Assembly (NCBI RefSeq): GCF_006345805.1
Contig: NC_042999.1
Coordinates: forward strand, 119,598,001 to 119,662,000
DNA from: Octopus sinensis
Taxonomy: Eukaryota
DNA length: 64,000 nt
Direction of reading: 5' to 3'
Shown in pieces: positions 27,030-39,979 of this stretch (its first letter is position 1; every line of letters begins with the position of its first letter). A program made the position numbers and the translations under genes. Below the pieces are notes generated by a model that was not told the origin of the DNA, made no database searches, and worked only from the letters and a program-made list of their open reading frames with translations.

Positions 27030-27955
27030 TATCATTGGCACTGTCCACAACTATGATTTCACTTGGTTTGACAAGTCTTCTCAAGTACAGTAAATAGCCA
27101 AAGGTCCTTTATCATCACCTCTGTGACACCCAGCATCTGACAATCATGCTTCACCTCCTTATCTTCCTGAGTCTACCTCATTCTTTGGTTCCCTCTCCAG
27201 TTAAAGATTGGTTCTTCTTTACACAGCTGGCCTCATTCATATACATCACATGTCCATACCAGAACAGTGTTCTCGCTTGCACACTACATCTGATGCCTCT
27301 TATGCCCAAATTTTCTCTCGAGATGCTTACACTCTGTCGTACATACACACTGACATTGCACAACCTGCAAAGCTTACAAGCATCCTTTCTTTTAAGCCTT
27401 TGCATGCCCTCTGCAGTCACAAGCCATGTTTCACTGCTGTGTAGCATAACTGTTCGCACACAGGCATTATACAATCTACCCCTTGGTTAGCAACAAGGTT
27501 AGAAACCCTCTAAACTTTGCCCAGCCTATTCTTATTCTAGCAGCTATGCTCTTGGAGCATCCGCCTCCAATGCTGCCCTGGTCACCCAGATAACAAAAGG
27601 TGTCAACTACTTCTAGGTATCCCTCCCAGTATTTGTTGAAGTCTGTTTTCTGTGCATTTCTAGCCTTTATTTTACCTATACATCAGCTACACACAAAGGG
27701 TACTTTCTCTGTTAACCTTCCTCTTACGTTGCAGCATCGTTTTTGTGTCCATAGCTTGCACTAGATACACCTTATGAAATTTCTACCTGCACCTTTTTAC
27801 ATACCAAGCAGGGCCATCTCCCTGATGGGATTTGTGATTTGTCTATTTTCTTACTTACTAAGACTTTGGTCTTTGCTAAATTAACTCTAAGGCCCCTTGA
27901 TTCTTGACCTTGCTTCCACACCAAAAGTTTCTTCTCTAGTTTTAGTAGTGATTCG
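27030..27955 (-). mobile_element. Second decayed RTE LINE 3' fragment
   Basis: ESLLKLEKKLLVWKQGQESRGLRVNLAKTKVL, RWPCLVC, YNACVRTVMLHSSETW. Collinear with 10830-12100. Confidence 0.85.
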
Positions 27956-27989
27956 TGTATATATATAGACATGCAAGCATACACACATG

Positions 27990-28027
<38 letters not shown>

Positions 28028-28288
28028 CACATACATGCATACACACATCTACATATATATATATATATATATATAAACGCATACATGCACACACACTCAC
28101 TCGAATGCACACACACACACACACACAAATATAAATATATGTATGTATATATGTGGATATATTTAAATGGTTACATATGTTTTATACATATATCTAAACA
28201 TATAGTACTTACATCATTTTGTTCTTTGTTGTATATTGCACTTTAACAGATACATAACCAATATTGGTTTAACCACCATTTACATGTA

Positions 28289-28329
<41 letters not shown>

Positions 28330-29005
28330 CTCTCTCTGACTCACACATGCACACACACACACACACATATATACATATACATATACATATAACTATTAAG
28401 TCTATATGCAGATATATTTGTACATGTTTACTCTTTTGTTAAAATGTGATAATACATTATTAAAGGAACGTGCCAAGGCAAAAACAAGTTACTCCTATGA
28501 GAGAAAATAAAAATGGGTCCACATTTTTATTCTCTCTACTATTAATACTTTTCTGTAATATCACGTTTCACTTTGTAAAAGTAAACATATATTCACCGTC
28601 ATTTTCATAAGTCAGCTAGCGATAAATTTTATCTAGTATATATTTAATACTGCTCTAAAAAAATTGTGTATATTTTCTTTGTTGAATGAGTGTATAGGCC
28701 CCAAAACCTAAGCTTTGCAATTTTAATCCCATTGAGGTTCATTCACAGTTGTGATAGTTTAAGGCTACAACATTACATTTCTTGTAATGTTGTACAACTA
28801 TCTAAATATATATCAAAAGTTGATAGTGTACTGCAAACATTTTACCATCTGGGTTCTATGACATTATTTTGCTAGCAAAACTATTTATATATTGCCTTTT
28901 AAAAATCAATATACTCTCTCTGTTTGAAATCATGTAAACTTGTGATGTGTACAAAACATATTGAAACAGATATACCAGACTGGTGGTGATATAAAAATTT
29001 GACAT

Positions 29006-29045
<40 letters not shown>

Positions 29046-30015
29046 CTGAGTAAAATACCAATGCAAATTTGGGCTACTTAAATAACTTCAGAGGTAAAAT
29101 CTCTTTTTACTAGACTTCCTCAATTCAAGCAGACTATATATATATATATCGGCCATTTGATAAGTGAAGAGTGGGGAGCTCTTTCTTACTACCACAACAA
29201 TTATCTGCAAAATGTTCTGACGAATTATCTCTGCCATCTGCTATAAAACAAATCAATAATGCTTGAGGTGGTTGCAATAGGATGCAAGATTAGTAACATT
29301 GGAGAATGATGAAACAATTGTAAATGATGTATTAAAATTATTTATTTACTCCATTCATCAATATTTCTTGTTTTATATATATTATATAGGTAACACATAT
29401 GTATGAATGTACATACGTATGTATAAGCAATAGGTGAATAATATTCTGAAGGTCAACATTTTGTTCTTGTTTTTTTTACAACTAATTCTATGCCTTCTAG
29501 CTATTAAATACAACTAAATTCTTTGACAAGGACAATACATTTGAGATATCAAAGCAGATAATTCGTTGGGTAAAACAAACTAACAATGAGCTGCAAAATT
29601 GCCTTATCTCTTAATTATTTGTGCATAAGTTAATATTAAATATAGAATGTCGATGTTAGGAATTTAATTCTTTAAATCTTGTCAAATTTGGTTCAATAGA
29701 AAGAAATTAAGATGGCAAAAGTGGTTAAATAGGGAGTGAAGTAATTCTTGATGTTGTCTATAAATCATATCTCTTTAAAAGAGATATTTTAAAATCTTTA
29801 AAAACAATTTCGTATAGTTGAACAATTTCCTATAATTGAACTTCTTAAAAGGTCTCAGTGAAGGATTCTAATACTGGAAACCATTTCAAAATTAGTAGAG
29901 TAGGAAAAAGTACTTGTGAAGCAAAGTCTTGTCACATTTTAGGTTTATCAATGCAGCAATAATATGCATGTGTATGTATGTATTTATGTATATATATATG
30001 TGTGTGTATGTAAGC

Positions 30016-30052
<37 letters not shown>

Positions 30053-32099
30053 TATATATCATCATGATCACCATCATCATCATCATCGTCATCACTTTTC
30101 AATGCTTACAGGGACAAGAAAGAAGATATATATACAAATATACATATTTATATGTATATGTATGTATGTATGGATAGATGAAGGGAGGGAGGGATGGGTG
30201 GATTTAAGTATCTATCTATCTATGTGTGTGTGTGTATGTACATATACATATGTATATATATACATATCTAAATGTACATGCATATATACATATATATATG
30301 TACATACATATATATATAAATAAATGTATGTACACAGTAGAATCCATGCAAATTAGTGATAGTGTGTATTACCAATTAGTATGTATAAACAATTGAAAAA
30401 TGGAAGAAACTGGGGTGAACACATTGAATATGCACCTCACCTCTTTTTGTTTATTCTTCAAATGAAAAACGTTACAAAATTTTCAAAATATTTTTTCCAA
30501 AATTTATTTGGATTTTATATTTTCCACAATAGAGATTACGAATTTGCAGCAAAAACAGCTGCTCAAAACTTTGAATAACACCTCAACTCCAAACACAAAT
30601 GTTTAAATTCTCAATTTTTAAAAAATTCTAAGGAGAACTCTGTACAGAAACTATGGAGTTATGATTTTGAAAACAATTTCATTCAAAATCCTCCACCTCC
30701 TTCCAGCTCTTGAAATACCAACCTCATCCCCATACCAGAATTCCAGATGTTTTTAAACTCAACCATTCATTTTTGCATGTATGGATGCTTGCTGAACTTG
30801 CAGATGAAATAAGTATGAGGCAAACCTCGGTCTGGTTGCTTAACATGCTTGGAATAACAGCCAAATCTCTAAGAAGCAGTTTCTTTTTTTTTTATATCAA
30901 CCCCATTCTCCAGCTGCTGGAATGACAATGCAATCATACCTCTTGAATTAGCAGACAAAATGGCGGCAGCTTTAATGTTGTTGCTTGAATGCTAGAAATA
31001 CCAGCCAAAACTGTGAAATATAACTCTGTTCTAAAATTTCACTTTTTCAACTTGCCTAATGTCCTGGCTTTCAGGATAACAACAGATGCCCAACAAAAAT
31101 AAAAACTGCATCTGTTCAGTTGTTTCCCACTCCATGCTAAACCACCTAAGCTGAAATGATTGCATAAATTTCCTTACTTACTATTTATTAATGAAAAGAC
31201 AATATAGAATTTGCATCCTTTTAATTCTGCTTTCTTCACCATAGAGTTAATTTTGGGCTAGTTTTAGACATTTCAAATCATCTCTAAACACAATACACTG
31301 TTTACACCTTCAGAACAAAACAATCATTTCATGTGAATTTGTAAAATTAAAAATTCATTATATTCTCAATAGATGTTGTCTTCATAGATTTTTGTACACT
31401 TGCTATTGGTTTCTGCTCATGGCTATGTAGGTTCCCTACAACTTGATACATTTCTTAATCTTCAATTATAATTATATTCACATCCAGGATACATTATAGC
31501 AGCGATTTTTATGTAGATGCAAAAGGAGCCTCCAGAAAGGGAGATTGTAAGGACTGAAAAGGATACAGAAAAATTAGGAAGTTTAAAAAAGACGAAATGC
31601 ATCATTTGGAAACATTATCTTTGCAAATGAGGAGATTTGTGTGGTCAAGCTATTTCTTCAGAATGTGAGCAAGATCAGACCAAGTTTGCTTCAAACTGGT
31701 CTTTTCATATTTGCTGCACTGTTTTCTTATTGATGCTATTTAATTAATCTGTTCATGCTAATTTTTTCCTCATTTGTGCTAAGGTTCTCAGTGGCATTTT
31801 TATATAATTTACTTCTTGTAACTATATAAAATTAATTTTTTTTACTACAGTTTAAACTTATTGCAAAAGGATTCAGTATGGTACCTTTTGTACATTTTGA
31901 ATTTTGATCTAATATCAAATATCTTTTGGCTGTAAAAATGTAAAAATGTGTAGCCTGTAAAACAAAAGATACCAACAAGGAGATACCAGTGCAGAAGTGA
32001 AAATATACTTCTCCGTGTTCAATTAATTAAGAATATTATCACTCCTACTCCTGCACTTTCCCAGCTAGCAAGCTTAAAAGTTTGCAGAGAGTGTGGCTG

Positions 32100-32158
<59 letters not shown>

Positions 32159-32189
32159 GATGTATGTGTATGTGTGTGTGTATCTTTTA

Positions 32190-32419
32190 TCTCTTATCTT
32201 ACACTTGATCCTGTCACTGGACTGCTGCTGTGCTGGGGAACTGCATTAAGGGGTTTACTCAAACCAATCAACCCCAGTACTTTTAAAGTCTACTACATAT
32301 TCTATTGTTCTTCTTTGTCAAACTGCCAAGTAGTGGATGTAAGTAAACCAAAACTTAGTGTCAAGTGGTGGGGGAAAAACACAAACACAAAAGCATACAG
32401 ACAAACCTTTATATATACA
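32190..32419 (-). mobile_element. 3' half of SINE family 2; its microsatellite is the Helitron target site
   Basis: AATCAACCCCAGTACTT, GTCAAGTGGTGGGGGAAAAACACAAACACA, followed by a TA-rich tract that resumes at 38566. Confidence 0.7.
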
Positions 32420-32541
32420 CTAGCAGCATAGCCCGGCGTTGCCCGGGTATGTAAGAGCCCCTAGTAGGCAACGACTAATCCCAATGTAGTCCTTTCCCTC
32501 CAGGGAACGAAGGTGCATGTGGACGTTGCAATGTCTTGTCT

Positions 32542-35279
32542 TCACTGGAATACTTCTGTATATACGATGTTCCTAGCTGTCCGTTTGGGCGAAAACATGA
32601 AAACATCATTGCGCCTCCCAACGCGTGAACAGCCCACGTAGAGTTGACCGTGGGCGAAGCACTGTTCGCCCAAATGTAATCCAGCGACTTGTAGCGTTTG
32701 GCCTTGGGATTTATTGATGGACATTGCGAAGCAGAGTTTAACAGGAAACTGAGAACGCCTGAAGTGGATTGGTAGGTCAGCGCCCGACGGTTGAAGGTGC
32801 ATCCGTGGAATGAAGACGTCCTCTCCCTTCCCACAACCGGTAAGTATTGTGGCCGTTATTAAATGTGGTGCCAAATGTTTCACAACCAAACGTGTGCCGT
32901 TGCACTGTTTAGGTGGAACCAAATTCCTGATGCGCATAATGGGCGCACCGGCTTTTAACTTCAGGATGTGTGGTGGCAGGCCTGGCGGTTCAAGTGAATT
33001 CAGGAATTCAACAGGATAATCGGCAAGCTGGGCGGGGTCTGCTGTCCTATCTATAGATTTGTAGACGTGGACATCACCAGGAATAGCTTCAAGTAGCTGG
33101 ATATTGATGGAGTTGACGGTTGTATTTTTGGGTGCGAGAATAGCTCTGCCTGCCAGCCATTTTAGGTCGCGTAAATTGTTTTGTAGGTCGTCGAAGACAG
33201 CGTCCCGGAGGCTAGCAGGGGTGTCGACAATGGTGCAAAGTGAGTCCAATTGAACGTAGCCATCCGCATCAGACAGCATCCTATTTTCACCGAGCGATAA
33301 GAGGTCCCTGGAGAATGCAGCGGATCCGCTGTCACCAATTAACTGCGCGCGCATGTTAGTTTGGAGGTGCAAGGGCCGCACATGTGCCCAAAGAGCTGAC
33401 GACTTAAGGCACGCGCGCACGGCATCGGCACGGGTTCCTTTTGGAATAACAGGTAGAGTCTGCCTGAAGTCTCCTGAAAGAAGTAAAGTTAATCCTCCCA
33501 TGGGGGCCGTAGAGTCTCTGATGTCTTGCAGTGACCTGTCCAGTGCCTCAAGGGCGCCTTTGTGTGCCATAGTGCACTCGTCCCATACGATGAGTTTGCA
33601 TCTGCGAAGAATGTCGGCCTGTTCTGAGTTCTTGGCGATGTTGCAGATAGGTGACTCGGACTTTGCCAGATCGAGCGGGAGTCTGAAGGCAGAGTGGGCG
33701 GTTCTGCCACCCGGAAGCAACGTGGCCGCGATACCAGAGGAAACTACAGCCAGGGCAATGTCCGTGTTGCGTCTGACCTCTGCCAGAATTAGTTTAGTGA
33801 CGAAGGTTTTGCCTGTGCCGCCGGGTGCATCAAGGAAGAAAATCCCCCCACGTTGCTGTCTGACAGAGTCTACGATGGTGTTGTAGGCTATGCGCTGGTC
33901 TGGAAGCAGCCGTGGTTCATTATCTTGGACGTACTGGTGCAGTTCCTCAATGCAGTAGGAAGTTTCGCGTAACAATTCAGCAGACATAACATTGGCGTGT
34001 TCACGTGTGGGTGGTGGAAGGCCGTACTCTGTTAAAGCAGACCCACCCATATCGATGACAGCGTCTTCGAGTTGAATGAGCGCAAAATTGTAAATGAAGT
34101 TGGTGAACGTGATCTCGGCGGAAGGGCAGTGTTGCTGAGCCGTACGTAAGAAGTCGTGCGACATGTCATCCCTGTATTTCATCCAGAGACTTAGTGGATG
34201 ACTAAGCTGACATTTTTGAAGAAGGATTGCGAAAAGATGTCGCAGGGCCGAATGCGTTTGCAGTAAAGCACCCTCTGCCATCGTGGCGTCCCACTGGGAG
34301 TCATCCTCTAGAAGGCCAAGTCTCATACATGCTTCCCTGAAGGTGTCGCACAGAACCCCATTGACGGTACGTATATTGGCGAAACCTGTTGGACCAGTGA
34401 CCTCATGTAGAAGGAGACGGAGGTAGAAGCATTCTTGCTGGTTTGGCGGGATGTTGTAAACTCGACCCAGGCAGGAGTCAAACTTGACGCCTGGGAAGCT
34501 TTCGACGTTTTTGCCGGATTTCCGTCGAACCCAGGTGTTTTTAGACCACACGAAGTACGATGGGACCTGTGGGTACAAAAGCGTTCGAGCGAAGTCATCA
34601 CGTTGGCATAATTTGAAGAAACCAGTCAACGTTGTGTCTTTAGGGCTGGTGGCTATCTGCACAGCACTTTGCTCTGTGAAGTAAATCCGCTGTCCATTTT
34701 TCAAGTGTACAGCAAGCTGCACCACAGCCGGGTGTCTCTGATGGAGCAGGAAGCCGTAAATGCGCCAAAACGCTTCGTTGCTGCTGAGGTACCGGCCAGC
34801 CAAGTAGTTGGACACTTCGTCGCGACTGGTGGTCCTCTGGATGCTGAACATGGCAGCATCGCTGCCTTTGTTGATATATTTGCAGACATATTGTATTGAC
34901 CTGATGGAGCTGCAGAACTCAACGTTGACGTGGGCTTTGAATATCTTCGACAGGAGAGGACAGTAGGGGACAATGTAGCTGTTGTCCACTTGATGTCGCC
35001 CAACCGTAATCGTGCGGCCTCCATTGGCTGGACTCCTTCGTTTGTACAGCGGATACCCATCGCCGCCTGTTTGAGTCTCCAAAGTGAACCGTTTAGGGAA
35101 TCCCTTTGAGCAGGCTAATCCGTTTTTGTAGCATGGTGTGTTGGCGTAATTTGGTCCACAGGGCCCGTGTACCATGGTAGTGCGGACAATTTCGTAGAGT
35201 CCGGGGTCCTCATCGGGGTCAGGAATCTCGGCGGAAATGAATTTGTCAATGTCATTAGTCTCGATTTTATGAGTGAGCC
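32542..35279 (-). CDS. Helitron RepHel segment 3: Rep Y2 motif and PIF1-family SF1B helicase
   Basis: MVHGPCG, IQYVCKYINKG (motif 3), DAPGGTGKT (Walker A), LIVWDECTM (Walker B), LSGDFRQTLPV, LQTNMR, QFPVKLCFAMSINKSQGQT, HGQLYVGCSRV. Stop at 32542-32544. Confidence 0.96.
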
Positions 35280-36614
35280 AAAATTAAGATGTGAGCATGT
35301 GGCAAGCCCCTCTTTTGCCACTCGACCGAAAACATGTGGCACCTGACATGCCCGAAAATCTGACCCTTAACTATCAAATCCTTCATTTTGCCCAAATTCA
35401 GACGGAAAACCCTAGCAACGATGTCGTGTCGATGGGTGTGAGATTGACCCGGGAGGATTTCGCGAGTGATTTCGTCGCAGCTGGGATTGCACGTGTAGGT
35501 GATAAAGAGGTCCGGCCGGCCGTAAATGCGCACGTAGGTCAAGGCGTCTTGGGTCCTTTCACGCATATATCGCGGTCCTCCCGTGAAGGTGGAGGGTAGA
35601 ATGCATGGCTTGCCGATGTTGCGAGGGTCATTTTCTTGTTGCAAACCGTCACGGAGATGAATGTAGGAGTCGGAGCGAAGTTTGGTCTGATTAAGTTTAA
35701 TGTATAGCAGCCTTTCCGATTCCATTTTTGCGGCCATGTCGACGGCGAACTGGTTGAATAGCTGACGACAACGGGGCAATAAGTTGAACTCACCCTCCCT
35801 GACCATGAACCGGTATGAGTAGAACGCCCTGCAGGAAACCGTCTTTGATGCCGCAGTAGTTTGATTGGAGGGCTGCCGTAAAGGAATTCCGAAGTGGTAG
35901 CCATCTTCCCCATAAGGGAAAAGCAATGGATACTGAAGCGCGTCATAAGATCTGTGAGTCTCGCTGATCCTGTGTAGGTTGTTACCACGGGAGGAGATGA
36001 TTATGTCACGGCTGTTGTGTTGCTCTCCGTGTATAACTACGGCAATTTCGTTGCACGCAGGTGCGTTGAAACGGCGTTCGTGCTCCCCGTGGGGTCGTTT
36101 ATCAGCATCAATGACAACGGTGAAGTTTGGAGAAGGAGCACTGTCCAAGGCATATCTGAAGCTGCAGACGTAGCTGTTGATATCATGAAGCATGGTTTGG
36201 AGACGGAGAAGAATGTCTTTGCGGGGAACATAGCTTGTACCCGGTATTATTCCAAGGCGTGCATCAACCTGGTGGTTGTAGTCGGCAATGAAGTATATTT
36301 GGAGGAAAGAAGACTGCTGAATCTCGTCTGGCAGAAGTGACCCAATAAGATGGTAGACCTGACCCTGCACTTTGAAAGTAGGCATCCAGCCTTCTCTGGG
36401 AGGAATTTTGGCCCCGAAAGAGGTCATTTGGAATGAGCAGTTGTACTTTCGAATTATTTCAAGGAATTGTGACGAATCGGGGGTTAAACCCGCCGCGAGA
36501 TCCTTCAGTGGTTGAGGTGGTTCCCGTAGGGGTGGCAGGTCCACTTTGCCACCAGAGCAGCACAAACCAGGTGGCTCTCCGGGCCATTTCTTGGCTTTGC
36601 AAAACTGGCATACA
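35280..36614 (-). CDS. Helitron RepHel segment 2: Zn-finger and HUH Rep motifs 1-2
   Basis: CQFCKAKKW..CCSGGK, YDALQYPLLFPYGEDG, YGRPDLFITYTCNP (motif 1), VEWQKRGLPHAHIL (HUH motif 2). The frame breaks at the A4 run 35280-35283. Confidence 0.93.
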
Positions 36615-37413
36615 TTGTCATTGACCCTATCTTGATGTCGTCACGCAAGGAGAAGTTAATTGTGGCGTCGTAGTTGAATGCTAGTGACAACCAGAAAGCG
36701 GGGGCAGGGGTACGTACACCACGAATGATATCCCGACGTTTGTTGATACTCTCAAGTCGAGTGCACCGTGCCTCAGCAGATTCAGATGCACGTGCGACAG
36801 CGGTAGCAGTGGCATCCCTTGAAAGCCTTTCAGCTCTCGCCTCAGCACCCTCTGAAGCCCTAGCAGAAGCAGTGTTAATGGCATGTCTGGATGTCCGAAT
36901 AGTCCGTTGGTGTGGAGTTTCGGCAGATCGAGCCCTGGCTGTGTTTGCGGCGTTAGCAGCTTGGCGAGCTCTCCTCTGTTGAGGTGTTTCGGCAGCTTTG
37001 GCCATGGCTTTGTTTGCGGCGTCAGCATCTTGGCGAGTTCTCCTCTGCTGTGAGGTTTCGACAGATCGTGTCCTGGCAGTGCTAGTGGCGTTAGCCGCAT
37101 TCCGAATGGCCCTTTGTTCGGGGTTCTCGCGAGCTCTGCGGATGGAAGCACAGTAAGAAGCCCGCATGTTTTGGCTGGACTGTTGCTCTTTCGTCAACCT
37201 CAAGCGGAGGGAAGATCTGTACGCTGCGACCCTTGCAAGTCGGGTAGAACGGTCGCTAGTAGTTTCAGATGCCTGAGCAGCGGCATAACGGGAAGCTGTT
37301 TGCGAGAGGCGCAAGGCGGTTTCCTCGTGGGTCTCGCGTGCCCTTCTAGCCCTAGCAGCCGATGCCTTGGCCGTCCGAGGGCTGAGGAGGGTCCTTCTCT
37401 TCTTGGGTGGCAT
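36615..37413 (-). CDS. Helitron RepHel segment 1: NLS-like start, nine 23-aa STPR-like repeats, start of Zn-finger
   Basis: Likely ATG at 37413 (MPPKKRRTLLSPR). Repeats such as ETPQQRRARQAANAANTARARSA. The frame breaks at TT 36615-36616, where one extra base restores MTNVCQFCKAKKWPGEPPGLCC. Confidence 0.85.
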
Positions 37414-37533
37414 TTTGGTGGATAGCAATGTGTTTGGCAAAGGTGTAATAAAAAGGAACACGTGGGGTAAGTATTTTGGTGGATAGCAATGTGTTTGGTA
37501 AAGGTGTAATAAAAAGGAGCTCGTGGGGTAAGT
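37412..37533. repeat. 61-bp tandem duplication immediately upstream of the Helitron ATG
   Basis: ATTTTGGTGGATAGCAATGTGTTTGG(C/T)AAAGGTGTAATAAAAAGGA..CGTGGGGTAAGT at 37412-37472 and 37473-37533. Confidence 0.9.
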
Positions 37534-38759
37534 ATCCGAAAATGTATAAAAATGTACAAAAACGGCCAAAAAGCTGGCAGCAATGTGAGTGACAACAACG
37601 AAAAAGTCAAAAGTGATCAAACTGAACAAACGAAAGGAAAAGTTTTTTGATGCACACGACAAAAGTGGTTTATAATAAACCAAGAGTTTGCAAGTAGCGT
37701 CCGAGGACCGTTAGGGTACGTCAAAAATTGAAGGTAAAACGTTTGGGGTGGTAGTTATAAAGAAAGTTTAAACCCAAAAAGTATTCGAATAACTTGCGGC
37801 TGCAGCAGCTATTAGCAGAAGTGGCGGTGTTGGGGGTAAGTCTCGAATGTAATTTCTTCCTGGTAGGAATTGGTTGGATCGAATTATCGATAGCTAAAAA
37901 GGTCAAGTTGCGTCCCCTAGACAGTCTGGTTTGTGTTTAATACACAAATTTGTTTGCTATGTGTGCCACATATGATTAAATTAACCGATTTTTTCCAATA
38001 ATGTATCCTATTGGAATAAAAAGGGCTATATAGCTCCTTGGAGCAGACATGATGCTCGTTGTGAAAAAAAAAAATGATTCCTGCCAATTTGTGAAAGATA
38101 TTGTCGAAAATACGTCATCTTGAATTTGAACGCGATTTCCCAAAATGGCATGATTTTATCGATTGTTTCTGATGGTAAGGTATTGCATGGAAAACTAACG
38201 TCAGAATTGAGTTTCTTAGGGTAACATTAAGCTTCACCATGAGTTTGGTGAAAATCGATTGCAAGTTATGAAAACTACCATAGATAATGCGTTGCATAAA
38301 AAAAGCTTAGATTCTCGAGTTGCGTCCCCTAGACAGTCTGTGGTTCATGTTTATGATTCTCGACCCCATGTCGAATTTATCAATTTTTTTCAGAACTGGG
38401 GGAACTTTTCAAAATGTTCGCTTCGTTAGTTTTGAATTATGACATTGGGCTATGTGTGTGTCAAGTTTCATCAGAATCGGTTGAAAGCCGTGGTCAGGGT
38501 GAGGGTACGAGAAAACAGACACACAGAAGCACGCACAGACAAACTGCCGTTTATATATAGAGAGATACACACACACATATATATATACATATATATACAT
38601 ATAAATATATATACATATATATATACACATATATATACATATATATATACATATATATATATACACATATATATACATATATACATATATAATACATATA
38701 TATATATACATATATACATATATACATATATATACATATATATATATACACATATATAT

Positions 38760-38801
<42 letters not shown>

Positions 38802-39033
38802 TATATACATATATATATATATATTTATGTATGTATCATTGTGGTTTAACATCCATTTTTCATGCTATATATTTATATATATATACATATATATTTTATA
38901 CTAAGGGCATTACTATACATAAATGCCTTACGCTAGGTTGGACTTTTAAGTCAAAACTACCATAATAAATAAACACATTGTATTTCATGCTAACTACTTG
39001 ATAAATTCTTATAAAGATTTTATCCTATTTTTC

Positions 39034-39065
<32 letters not shown>

Positions 39066-39069
<4 letters not shown>

Positions 39070-39948
39070 GCATCGACAAGGAATATCTGACCCATCTGTT
39101 CAAGACGACTATCAGGCCGGGACCTATGGACAACTTCCAGAGATCCCTGGCCTGGCATTGCTATCAAGAAGCACTACCCATTCAGAATAAGCTCTACAAG
39201 CATGGCTCAAGAAACACGGGGCCGACCTACCCGAGATGCAGTCAGAATGACAAAATCGTCCTACATACACTCATACAATGTCCAAACATTTCCAACCAGT
39301 GGGCCTATGTCGAATGACTGCTATCGTGTGTGGGACGAGTCAGTTTATCAACCAAGTCTATTGTGAATATTGTCATGCCTCTTTCCTTGAAATGGGAAGG
39401 AAGAGCCATTTTCATCCTACTTGTGGCTATGGCAAAAGAATGTGTATGGTAGACACTTTCCTCTCTGGTCAATCTCTCATCAACTTCTTCAAGTATCACT
39501 TGAAAAGGAAGGTAAGAGTTGAGAGGGAAGTTTTGTCTAGTGAGTGTTTCAAACAGAGATGGATGAATGTAGTAAGAATGGCACGTATGAATGACGAAGC
39601 CACCTTGAGCACAATCCTATGAACCAAAAAAATAAAAGGAAAAACGTGAGTCACTGTAATGTGTTTTTTTGGATGACACTATAGCCCAAGGTTACTGTGG
39701 TCTTTTCCTTAGGCTTTTCATTCCACTTATAAACCTAATCTGTTTTCCCTTTGTACATTGACATTTCTGTGATACATGATCCTATCGATCGGCCTTTCTT
39801 TTCATTTTTCCTTTTCCTTTCTTTTTCCCACAATCCCTTTCGATCGAAATTCAACCCACTTATTTTTTTCTCTTCTTCTTCCCAAAAAGAAAAGCTCTAC
39901 TTTGTATTTTGTCCCCTCTGTGTTCAGCCCTGTGTGGCCAATAAAGAA
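39066..39948 (+). mobile_element. 5'-truncated L1/Tx1-clade LINE 3' end (zf-RVT region and 3' UTR)
   Basis: MDNFQRSLAWHCYQEALPIQNKLY..YPRC..LHTLIQCP, then FFKYHLKRKVRVEREVL..RW..STIL*. The 3' UTR ends with AATAAA at about 39940. One frameshift. Confidence 0.75.
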
Positions 39949-39979
39949 ACATATATACACACACATACACACAAACACA

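Larger units (their letters stand above)
32420..38565 (-). mobile_element. Full-length autonomous-type Helitron (6146 bp)
   Basis: Minus-strand 5' end A|TCTCTCTATATATAAACGGCAG at 38565. 3' end ...CTAG|T at 32420, with a GC hairpin CCCGG-6nt-CCGGG at 32432-32447. No TSD; inserted between A and T. Encodes Rep and a PIF1 helicase. Confidence 0.96.

Noticed and set aside
30955-30970. AAAATGGCGGC (YY1-like / start-codon-like motif)
   Set aside because: Isolated motif, no CpG island, and the reading frame closes after 11 codons.
32810-37610. Overlapping ORFs on alternate frames and the opposite strand within the Helitron
   Set aside because: Shadow ORFs of a GC-rich coding region; no motifs.
37414-37683. 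N-terminal 90 aa of the 392-aa track ORF (MVYYKPLL..)
   Set aside because: It translates the 61-bp tandem repeat and AT-rich leader. The NLS-bearing MPPKKRR at 37413 is the more plausible start.
38460-38480. CTGATGAAAC on the minus strand in the Helitron 5' subterminal region
   Set aside because: No stem II/GAAA partner. It is part of the common CCGATTxTGATGAAAxTT subterminal motif of Helitron-type elements.
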